Positions 26,932-34,086 of a stretch of 64,000 bases of DNA are shown here, piece by piece. The stretch is from assembly GCA_017451525.1 (NCBI GenBank), contig JAFTOD010000002.1, positions 190,964-254,963 of the forward strand. The letters run 5' to 3'. The DNA is from Paludibacteraceae bacterium. Lineage in GTDB: Bacteria; Bacteroidota; Bacteroidia; Bacteroidales; Paludibacteraceae. The notes beneath the pieces are model-generated. The model saw nothing but the letters and a program-made list of their open reading frames with translations, searched no databases and was not told the origin of the DNA. Every line of letters begins with the position of its first letter. The first letter of the stretch is position 1. A program made the translations under genes and the position numbers.

Positions 26932-28182
26932 ATGAAAAAATCCATTTTTCTTGCAGCACTCGTGCTGATAAGCGCAGGCTGCTTCGCACAAAAAGCTAAT
27001 GTAAGCAAAGCTCGTGGTTTGGCAGATGCAGAGATTCCAGATTATGCTGGTGCACGTGCTGCAATTGCGGAAGCATTGCAAAATGAGGAAACCAAAGATC
27101 AAGCAAACACGTGGTATGTAGCAGGATTTATTGGCTACAAAGAGTTTGAGACTGCTAACCTCAATCGTCAAATTGGTCGTAATATCGATTTTGATCAATG
27201 GGGTGCTGCTGTGTATGAGTCTGTAGGTTACTGGGATAAGGCATATGAATTGGCTATGATTCCTACCTATGACAAGAAAGGTAGAGCAAAATACGATACA
27301 CGTACACCAAAGAATATCTTGCCAAAATTACAAGAGTACTTTATGTATCAACCTATGATTATAGCAGGTTTCAACGCGTACGAGGCTAACAATCCTTCGT
27401 TGGCATATGATATGTTTATAAAGCATTGCAATATTCCAGACGCAAAAATCTTCCAAGATAATCCAGAGGAGGCTGCTAAATTATTGCGTGATACCAGTTA
27501 CTATACATGCCTCTACTATGCAGGTCGTTTTGCGTATGAAGCTGAACGTTATGAGGAAGCTATCGTTACTCTGGAGCGTATGAACACTGAGCACGCTAAT
27601 GCAAATGCTCTTCGCAAAGAGATTATCTTCGCTAACGAGTATATTTATCAAATTTATATTGAGCAAGGCGATACTGTAAAGGCTGTAGAGTCAATCAAGA
27701 AGAGCATTGATTTGTTCCCAGAGGAGCCATGGTTTATGCAAAACCTCATCAACCTCTATATCAACTCTGGTCAAGAGGATAAAGCCATTGAGTATTTGGA
27801 TATTGCTATCAACCGTGAGCCAAACGTAGGTCAATACTACAACTCTAAGGGTTCAATCTTGGCGCGTATCGGTCGTTTCGATGAGTCATTTGCTGCTTTT
27901 GCTAAGGCTATTGAGTTGGAGCCAAACAATGCACTCTTCCTCGAGAGTTTAGGCTTCGCATATGTAGATCTTGGCAACAAACTCAACGAAGATGCTACTT
28001 ACTTGGATAACAAAGCGTATGCTAAAGCAAAAGTAGAGATTGATGCTGCTTACAAGAATGCATTGCCTTACTTTGAGAAGGCATACGAATTAGAGCCAGA
28101 TAATGAGAGCTTCAAGCACTCGCTGCGTTCGCTCTATTACCGTCTTGGTATGAACGATAAGTACGAGGCTTTGGCTGACTAA
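26932..28182 (+). CDS. TPR-repeat lipoprotein
   Basis: Lipobox LISAGC, followed by multiple TPR-like 34-aa repeats (AIEYLDIAINREPN, AFAKAIELEPNN, YFEKAYELEPDN). ATG 26932 is preferred because the longer model translates the TGAAACT repeat. Confidence 0.8.
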   Translation: MKKSIFLAALVLISAGCFAQKANVSKARGLADAEIPDYAGARAAIAEALQNEETKDQANTWYVAGFIGYKEFETANLNRQIGRNIDFDQWGAAVYESVGYWDKAYELAMIPTYDKKGRAKYDTRTPKNILPKLQEYFMYQPMIIAGFNAYEANNPSLAYDMFIKHCNIPDAKIFQDNPEEAAKLLRDTSYYTCLYYAGRFAYEAERYEEAIVTLERMNTEHANANALRKEIIFANEYIYQIYIEQGDTVKAVESIKKSIDLFPEEPWFMQNLINLYINSGQEDKAIEYLDIAINREPNVGQYYNSKGSILARIGRFDESFAAFAKAIELEPNNALFLESLGFAYVDLGNKLNEDATYLDNKAYAKAKVEIDAAYKNALPYFEKAYELEPDNESFKHSLRSLYYRLGMNDKYEALAD

Positions 28183-28185
28183 TAT

Positions 28186-28599
28186 ATGGGACGCATCCTA
28201 GCAATCGACTATGGACGCAAACGAACAGGATTAGCCGTTACGGACATGCTCCGCATAACGGCTAATCCGCTTGTTACTATCCCTACGCATACATTGGAAG
28301 TATGGCTGAAGGATTATTTTGCCAAGGAGCAAGTAGATGAGGTGGTGATAGGTCATCCATACCAAATGAATGGAGAGGATTCCGAGTCGATGCAGTATAT
28401 CCAACCTTTCATCAATCGCTTTCGCAAAGTGTTTCCGAATATGCCGCTCAAGGAATATGACGAGCGCTTTACTTCGATCATTGCCCACCAAGCCATGATT
28501 GCGGGCGGAATGAAGAAAAGCCAACGCCAAGACAAAGCAGTTGTGGATAAACTAGCTGCATGTATCATTCTCGAAGGATATTTGGATAGCCTTCATTAA
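28186..28599 (+). CDS. ruvX: Holliday-junction resolvase-like nuclease RuvX (YqgF)
   Basis: MGRILAIDYGRKRTGLAVTD and a 137-aa length typical of YqgF. Confidence 0.9.
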   Translation: MGRILAIDYGRKRTGLAVTDMLRITANPLVTIPTHTLEVWLKDYFAKEQVDEVVIGHPYQMNGEDSESMQYIQPFINRFRKVFPNMPLKEYDERFTSIIAHQAMIAGGMKKSQRQDKAVVDKLAACIILEGYLDSLH

Positions 28600-28600
28600 T

Positions 28601-28682
28601 CACTAATACAGTAGCGGCTCTGCCGCGTTCACTAAACACTAAACGCTAAACACTAAACACTAAACGCTAAACACTAAACACA
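28601..28682 (+). repeat. CACTAAA-family element: one hairpin unit plus 7 tandem heptamers (CRCTAAA)
   Basis: CACTAATACAGTAGCGGCTCTGCCGCGTTCACTAAA, then 7 x CACTAAA/CGCTAAA at 28630-28678. It fills the whole ruvX-def spacer. Confidence 0.9.
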
Positions 28683-29230
28683 TGATATTACCAATATATT
28701 TATACGGTCAACCTGTGTTGCGCAAACCCACAGAAGACATTACTCCCGAATCGCTTGACCTCAAGCAACTTCTTGCTGATATGTGGGATACGCTTGCTGT
28801 AGCTGAGGGTTGTGGATTGGCTGCACCGCAGATTGGCAAATCCATCCGATTGTTTATTGTGGATGGTACTGAATTGGCAGAAGATTATCCTGAGTGTCAG
28901 GATTTTAAGAAGGTCTTTATCAATCCAGAGATTATCGAGGAAAGCGAAGATGATGCCACTTTCTCTGAGGGCTGTCTTTCGTTGCCTGGTATATCCGAGA
29001 ATGTTATCCGTCCTGCTAGCATTACGATTCGCTACATGGATGAGAACTTCACAGAACATACAGAGACCTATGATGGTTTTGCTGCGCGCATTATTCAGCA
29101 CGAGTATGATCACTTGGAGGGGCATGTCTTCACCGACCGTATTTCGCCTATCCGTCGTCAGTTCGTTAAGACCAAACTCACAAATATCGCCAAAGGCAAA
29201 GTAGCCGCTCGCTATCGCACCAAACGCTAA
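28682..29230 (+). CDS. def: Peptide deformylase
   Basis: Motifs GLAAPQIG, EGCLSLPG and QHEYDHLEG. Confidence 0.95.
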   Translation: MILPIYLYGQPVLRKPTEDITPESLDLKQLLADMWDTLAVAEGCGLAAPQIGKSIRLFIVDGTELAEDYPECQDFKKVFINPEIIEESEDDATFSEGCLSLPGISENVIRPASITIRYMDENFTEHTETYDGFAARIIQHEYDHLEGHVFTDRISPIRRQFVKTKLTNIAKGKVAARYRTKR

Positions 29231-29300
29231 ACACTAAACAGTAGCACAGCGTTCACTAAACACTAAACAGTAGCGCCCCAGGCGCGTTCACTAAACACAA
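29225..29300 (+). repeat. CACTAAA-family element (two hairpin units) between def and mntP
   Basis: CTAAACACTAAACAGTAGCACAGCGTTCACTAAACACTAAACAGTAGCGCCCCAGGCGCGTTCACTAAACA. It overlaps the def stop codon. Confidence 0.9.
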
Positions 29301-29303
29301 AGT

Positions 29304-29870
29304 ATGTCAATACTTACCATCATACTCCTAGCTATTGGCTTAGCCATGGACTGTTTTGCAGTTTCTGTGTGCAAGGGATTGACTTCGCCGCATGGTTATG
29401 TGCCTCGCTATATCAAACCCATGCTCATGGCATTGCTCTTCGGCGTGTTCCATGCGGGCATGCCGCTGATTGGCTATTTCGCGGGCAGTCTGTTTGCTTC
29501 GTTCTTCGAGCGCTTTGCGCCATGGATAGCACTGCTATTGCTTGGTTTTATTGGTGGTAAGATGATCTACGACTCGTTGAAGGAGGACAATGATGAAACG
29601 CATTTAGCCGATTTCTCCTTCTTGGGGTTATTGTCGTTGGCATTCGCTACATCAATGGATACTTTGGCTACTGGAGTAATCTTCATCCCTCATCCAGAGG
29701 TGTTGTGGATAGCTGTGGGCATTATAGCAGCGACATGTTTCTTGTTTTCCATGACAGGTTTTGTGATTGGTCATTTAGTAGGCACTCGCCTGAGAATGAA
29801 TGTAACAATCCTCGGTGGAGTGATACTTATTCTTATCGGTATAAAAATCTTCCTCGAAGGAATCCTATAA
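29304..29870 (+). CDS. mntP: Manganese efflux pump MntP
   Basis: 188 aa with 6 TM and an N-terminal AIGLAMDCFAVS motif. Confidence 0.85.
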   Translation: MSILTIILLAIGLAMDCFAVSVCKGLTSPHGYVPRYIKPMLMALLFGVFHAGMPLIGYFAGSLFASFFERFAPWIALLLLGFIGGKMIYDSLKEDNDETHLADFSFLGLLSLAFATSMDTLATGVIFIPHPEVLWIAVGIIAATCFLFSMTGFVIGHLVGTRLRMNVTILGGVILILIGIKIFLEGIL

Positions 29871-29871
29871 T

Positions 29872-29908
29872 CACTAAACAGTAGCGCTTTAGCGCGTTCT
29901 CTAAACAC
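29872..29908 (+). repeat. CACTAAA-family element (one hairpin unit) between mntP and the DUF3109 gene
   Basis: CACTAAACAGTAGCGCTTTAGCGCGTTCTCTAAACAC. Confidence 0.9.
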
Positions 29909-29914
29909 AAAAAT

Positions 29915-30499
29915 ATGTTCTTGATTCAGAATACATTAGTTAGCTTGGATGTCTTGGAGAAGGACTTTTGTTGCGATTTGGATAAATGTCGCGGGTGTTG
30001 CTGTATCGAAGGCGATGCTGGTGCACCACTGACCGATGAAGAAGAGGAGAAAATACGTGAGATACTACCTATACTGCTGCCCGACATGACTAAGGAAGCG
30101 CGTGCCGTGGTGGAAGCGCAAGGACTATCGTATCTTGACCCCTCAGGCGAAAAAGTGACTTCTATCGTTAACGAAAAAGACTGTGTCTTCGCCCGCACCG
30201 ATCACAATGGTTGGTGCTATTGCCTCATAGAGAAAGCATACAACGCAGGCAAGATTGATTTCAAGAAACCTATCTCTTGCCATTTATATCCTATACGATT
30301 GAACAAAGTGGGCGATATGATCGGGGTGGAGTACCATCGTTGGGATATTTGCCATTGCGCCCGTGTGCTAGGCAAGAAACTGCATCTGCCTATCTATCAA
30401 TTTCTGAAAGAACCACTTATCCGACGTTTTGGACAAGAGTGGTATGATGAATTATGTCTAACTGCTGAAGAGTGGAAGAAACAATGCGCGCAGAAATAA
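29915..30499 (+). CDS. DUF3109-family Cys-rich protein
   Basis: FCCDLDKCRGCCCIEGDAGAPL is the DUF3109 N-terminal signature as I remember it. Confidence 0.75.
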   Translation: MFLIQNTLVSLDVLEKDFCCDLDKCRGCCCIEGDAGAPLTDEEEEKIREILPILLPDMTKEARAVVEAQGLSYLDPSGEKVTSIVNEKDCVFARTDHNGWCYCLIEKAYNAGKIDFKKPISCHLYPIRLNKVGDMIGVEYHRWDICHCARVLGKKLHLPIYQFLKEPLIRRFGQEWYDELCLTAEEWKKQCAQK

Positions 30500-31815
30500 T
30501 TACAATAGGCGATGAATTGCTGATAGGGCAAGTGGTGGATACCAACTCGGCATGGATGGCAGAGCGACTTAATGAGGCGGGGATTGAACTCTACCAAATC
30601 ACATCTGTGCACGATGACCGAGAACATATACTGAAGGCATTAGACGAAGCCTTCTCGCGTGCAGATATTGTGCTGACTACGGGAGGACTGGGCCCTACGA
30701 AAGATGATATTACCAAGCATGTCATGTGTGAGTATTTTTGCACTACACTGGTGGAAGATTCGCGCGTGCGTGAGCATATACACGAGTTGTATAAGGAGCG
30801 ACCTGATGTGCTCAATCGCTTGACTGCTACCCAATGGCTCGTTCCCGAGAGTGCGAAGATTTTGACCAATAGAGTAGGTAGTGCACCGATTATGGTGTTT
30901 GAGAATGAGGTTAAAGGTGAGAGGTTAAAGGTTAGAGGCGAGGGACAAAATTCAAAATTCCTCATTGCCATGCCTGGTGTTCCTCACGAAATGAAGATTG
31001 CCATGAGGGAGCAGGTGATGCCGTTTTTAGAGTTTAGAGAACGCTCGCAGAGCGAGCTACAGAACGGCGCAAGCGCCTACAGTTTAGAGGCGAGAGGTGA
31101 GATTATTCATCGCACGATGATGTTGTATGGCATAGCGGAATCGACATTGGCACTAAAAATAGAAGAATGGGAGAATGCTCTGCCCCAATCAATGCATTTG
31201 GCATACTTGCCCAAGGATGGCATTATTCGTCTGCGATTGAGTAGTTATGGCGAAGCAACAAAAGAAGAAATAGAGCAGCAATTAGCCAATCTCAAGCCAT
31301 TGATAGCAGGCAATCTGATAGCCACCGAAGATTTGCCTTTAGAAACGATATTGGGCAATCAACTCAAAGCGCGTCATCAGACTATTGCCACAGCAGAGAG
31401 TTGCACAGGTGGCCGTTTGGCAGCCGCACTCAATGCGCAGTCGGGCTCATCGGCATACTATATGGGTTCGGTAGTGGCATACGATAATCGTATCAAGGAG
31501 CAAGTGCTGGGCGTGAAGCATAGTACATTGGAAAAATATGGTGCGGTAAGCGAACAGACTGTGCGTGAGATGGCTGAAGGTGTACGCGCACTAATGAACA
31601 CGGATTATGCAATTGCCACATCAGGTATAGCTGGCCCAACAGGCGGAACACCAGACAAGCCCGTAGGTACAGTATGGATAGCATGGGCTACACCCGATGG
31701 TACAGTGGCAGAGTGTTATCACTTTGGTGTTGCGCGTGAACGCGAACAAATCACCCAGCGTGCAGTCACTGCTGCTTTGGTAGAACTAATCAAATCACTA
31801 AACACTAAACAATAG
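30484..31815 (+). CDS. cinA: CinA-family protein (MoCF-binding domain plus nicotinamide-nucleotide amidase PncC domain) carrying two repeat-derived in-frame inserts
   Basis: MRAEIITIGDELLIGQVVDTNSAWM and TTGGLGPTKDDIT in the N domain. The C-terminal domain has ATAESCTGG and SGIAGPTGG. It overlaps the preceding gene by 16 nt. Confidence 0.9.
   Translation: MRAEIITIGDELLIGQVVDTNSAWMAERLNEAGIELYQITSVHDDREHILKALDEAFSRADIVLTTGGLGPTKDDITKHVMCEYFCTTLVEDSRVREHIHELYKERPDVLNRLTATQWLVPESAKILTNRVGSAPIMVFENEVKGERLKVRGEGQNSKFLIAMPGVPHEMKIAMREQVMPFLEFRERSQSELQNGASAYSLEARGEIIHRTMMLYGIAESTLALKIEEWENALPQSMHLAYLPKDGIIRLRLSSYGEATKEEIEQQLANLKPLIAGNLIATEDLPLETILGNQLKARHQTIATAESCTGGRLAAALNAQSGSSAYYMGSVVAYDNRIKEQVLGVKHSTLEKYGAVSEQTVREMAEGVRALMNTDYAIATSGIAGPTGGTPDKPVGTVWIAWATPDGTVAECYHFGVAREREQITQRAVTAALVELIKSLNTKQ
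30907..30960. repeat. GGTTAAAGG/AATTCAAAATTC word repeat inside cinA
   Basis: GAGGTTAAAGGTGAGAGGTTAAAGGTTAGAGGCGAGGGACAAAATTCAAAATTC encodes EVKGERLKVRGEGQNSKF. Confidence 0.75.
31026..31090 (-). repeat. CACTAAA-family-like element (two hairpin units, reverse orientation) inside the cinA reading frame
   Basis: The reverse complement reads CCTCTAAACTGTAGGCGCTTGCGCCGTTCTGTAGCTCGCTCTGCGAGCGTTCTCTAAACTCTAAA. It has the same word-GTAG-hairpin-GTTC-word layout as the intergenic copies. Confidence 0.75.
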
Positions 31816-31839
31816 CCCGCAGGGCGTTCACTAAACACC
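31796..31839 (+). repeat. CACTAAA-family element (one hairpin unit) between cinA and the transporter gene
   Basis: CACTAAACACTAAACAATAGCCCGCAGGGCGTTCACTAAACACC. It supplies the last cinA codons and the stop. Confidence 0.9.
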
Positions 31840-31843
31840 AAAT

Positions 31844-33505
31844 ATGGAATATATACGCGAATTGTTTTTAATACCTTCGGTGACGCAATCTATAGTGTTG
31901 CTCACGTTGGTTGTATGCCTTGGTCTGTGGGCAGGGGAACATCTGCGTATCAAAAACTTCTCGTTGGGTATCACGTGGATACTGTTTGTGGGTATTATCT
32001 TCTCGTCTTTTGGCATTACGATTGACCCACAAGTAAGCCATTTCGCCAAGAACTTCGGACTGATACTCTTTGTCTATTCCATCGGTTTGCAAGTTGGACC
32101 TTCCTTCTCACCCTTTGGCAAGAGTGGTTTGCGATTGAATATGTTGGCAGTGGCAATCGTGTTGCTGGGTTGTGGTATTACCATCGCTCTGCACTATATC
32201 ACAGGTATTGAGATGACGACTATGGCGGGTATCATGTCGGGTGCGGTGATGAATACCCCTTCGCTGGGTGCAGTGCAACAGACGGCAGCAGATATGATGG
32301 GTGAAGTGTCGCCCGATATTGCGATGGGTTATGCTTTGGCTTATCCGCTCAGTATCGTGGGTTTGATATTGTCGTTTGAGTTGATACGTTTTTGCTGCCG
32401 TGTGAACTTGCGTGAAGAGGATGCTAAATTGCGCGAGGAACATGTGTCGGATGATGATCCTATTTGCGTGGATATTCGTTTATCGGTGGCTTCTGCCATT
32501 ACGTTGAAAGAGTTGCATGCCCTGTGTGGTGTGGATAATCTGTTGGTGAGCCGTGTGACTCGTGCAGATGGTCGCGATGAACTGGTGGATGGTAGTACTG
32601 TATTGTATCCCAATGATGTGATTCGTATCGTGAGTGATAAGCGTCATGAGAAAGACTTGCAGGTATTAGGTGAGGTGACGCATTACGGTTTTCGTGGTCG
32701 AGAACGCTCCGACCACTTGATTTCGCGCCGCGTGGTGGTTACTCGCACGGAGTGTAATGGCAAACGCTTGAGCACTTTTGACGTGCGCCACCGCTATCAT
32801 GCTACTATCACACGTATCAATCGTGCGGGTGTAGAGTTGTTGGCAACTCCAGATTTCGTATTGCAACTGGGCGACCGTATCATGGTGGTGGGCGATAAGG
32901 AAGATGTGCGCCATGTGGCGGAGATGTTTGGTAATGAGCTCAAGCGTTTGGACTTGCCTAACTTGATGCCCATCTTCTTTGGCATCTTCTTGGGTGTATT
33001 GTTGGGCTCTCTGCCAATTGCGATACCAGGTATGAATCAATCGTTTAAGTTGGGCTTGGCAGGTGGCTCGCTGATTGTGGCGTTGCTGATTGGTCGTTTT
33101 GGTCCGTATTATAGTATGGTGACATTTGCTACGACAAGTGCCAATATGATGTTGCGTCAGGTGGGTTTAACAATGTTTTTGGCAGCAGTGGGCTTGAGTG
33201 TAGGTGATGGCTTCGTGAATACCATTTTGAATGGCGGCTATATGTGGGTAGTGTATGGTGTGCTGATTACCATGATACCGCTCGTAGTAGTAGGTTTGAT
33301 AGCGTATAAAGGAATGCAGATCAACTTCTTTAAGGTGGTAGGTTTGCTGATAGGTGCGATGACTGGTGCTCCAGCCTTAGGTTATGCGGAGCGTCTTTCT
33401 TCGCACAACGACCAAGCGTCGGTGGTATACGCTACGGTATATCCGTTGACGATGTTTCTTCGTGTGATGGGAGGGCAATTGCTAGTATTGTTATTCTGCC
33501 ACTAA
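31844..33505 (+). CDS. YidE/YbjL-type putative transporter (AAE family) with two central TrkA-C/RCK_C domains
   Basis: 553 aa with 5-6 TM, then two soluble repeats (VTRADGRDELVDGSTVLYPNDVIRIV and ITRINRAGVELLATPDFVLQLGDRIMVVG), then 5-6 TM. Confidence 0.85.
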   Translation: MEYIRELFLIPSVTQSIVLLTLVVCLGLWAGEHLRIKNFSLGITWILFVGIIFSSFGITIDPQVSHFAKNFGLILFVYSIGLQVGPSFSPFGKSGLRLNMLAVAIVLLGCGITIALHYITGIEMTTMAGIMSGAVMNTPSLGAVQQTAADMMGEVSPDIAMGYALAYPLSIVGLILSFELIRFCCRVNLREEDAKLREEHVSDDDPICVDIRLSVASAITLKELHALCGVDNLLVSRVTRADGRDELVDGSTVLYPNDVIRIVSDKRHEKDLQVLGEVTHYGFRGRERSDHLISRRVVVTRTECNGKRLSTFDVRHRYHATITRINRAGVELLATPDFVLQLGDRIMVVGDKEDVRHVAEMFGNELKRLDLPNLMPIFFGIFLGVLLGSLPIAIPGMNQSFKLGLAGGSLIVALLIGRFGPYYSMVTFATTSANMMLRQVGLTMFLAAVGLSVGDGFVNTILNGGYMWVVYGVLITMIPLVVVGLIAYKGMQINFFKVVGLLIGAMTGAPALGYAERLSSHNDQASVVYATVYPLTMFLRVMGGQLLVLLFCH

Positions 33506-33512
33506 ACAGTAG
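33500..33512 (+). repeat. CACTAAACAGTAG half-unit at the transporter gene stop
   Basis: The 13-mer is identical to the left arm of the full elements and contains the stop codon TAA. Confidence 0.6.
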
Positions 33513-33590
33513 TTTATAGCTTATAGTTAATCCGCAACGATATTGTTGCCCGACATATTTAATATAGCGTTATAAGCCAAAACCCTCACT

Positions 33591-33626
33591 GCCATTTATG
33601 CAAAATCCGCATAAATGGCATTTTTA
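33591..33626 (+). terminator. Intrinsic terminator after the transporter gene
   Basis: GCCATTTATGC-AAAATCC-GCATAAATGGC followed by ATTTTTA. Confidence 0.7.
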
Positions 33627-33672
33627 TTTGCACAATTCTTGCTCAATTCTTGCTCAATTCAAAATAATTCAC

Positions 33673-33680
33673 TACCTTTG
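33673..33680 (+). promoter_or_regulatory. -7 box (TACCTTTG) driving RNA copy 2
   Basis: Matches TAnnTTTG. The upstream TTCTTGCTCAATTCAAAATAATTC cassette is shared with 7248-7272. Confidence 0.6.
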
Positions 33681-33685
33681 CACCC

Positions 33686-33979
33686 GTAATCAGCCCACGC
33701 CTTGGGATTATGTCTTTCGGGTGGGATGGTTGCAGACATAATAAAGGCGTTAAAAAGCGCTTTGTGCTTGGCTACTTGGAATCTAGCAAATTTCTTCTAT
33801 ACCCAACACATAGCAGCATTTTGATGTCCTCGGGATATGTAATCTATATCCATACACACTATTGATAGGTGTGTATGTGTGGTACATATCGGCGTGGGCT
33901 CAATGTTGTTTGTTCGGGTATAAAGGCAATGCTAGAGCCTCAAGTAGCGGAACAGCAACAATGCAGTCCCGCTTTTTTT
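33686..33979 (+). ncRNA. Candidate structured RNA, copy 2 (leader or sRNA, family unidentified)
   Basis: It starts just after a TACCTTTG -7 box and contains no ORF of 60 aa or more. A perfect 10-bp long-range helix pairs 33692-33701 with 33891-33900. Four further helices are present, and it ends AGCGG..CCGCT plus T7. Confidence 0.55.
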
Positions 33980-34086
33980 GTGTCGATATACAATATCTAA
34001 TTAACAAACAATAAATCAAATAATTAAACAACGGAGTAAGCCGAAAATCCGATGAAGAGTAGGCATAATAATTAAATTTATTTATT

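Noticed and set aside
25749-27008. 419-aa ORF on the minus strand, antisense to gyrA
   Set aside because: It lies entirely within and opposite the unambiguous gyrA frame. Its translation is low-complexity (rich in H/C/F/L) with no recognisable motif, which is typical of a shadow ORF in a GC-balanced gene.
29231-29303. yybP-ykoY manganese riboswitch upstream of mntP
   Set aside because: The 73-nt spacer consists wholly of CACTAAA-family units. It is too short and lacks the four-helix yybP-ykoY architecture and its conserved GGGGAGUAG-type core.
28601-31839. CRISPR array interpretation of the regularly recurring repeats
   Set aside because: The repeat words are 7-13 nt rather than 25-40 nt, and the sequences between copies are whole genes. 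No cas genes are present.
33686-33979. Possibility that the structured element is tmRNA, RNase P RNA, SRP/4.5S RNA or 6S RNA
   Set aside because: It has no tRNA-like acceptor/T-arm end and no tag reading frame, so it is not tmRNA. It lacks the RNase P conserved blocks (such as AGGAAAGTCC / GGGTAAGGGTGAAA) and has no SRP domain IV motif. The presence of two diverged copies also argues against these single-copy housekeeping RNAs.
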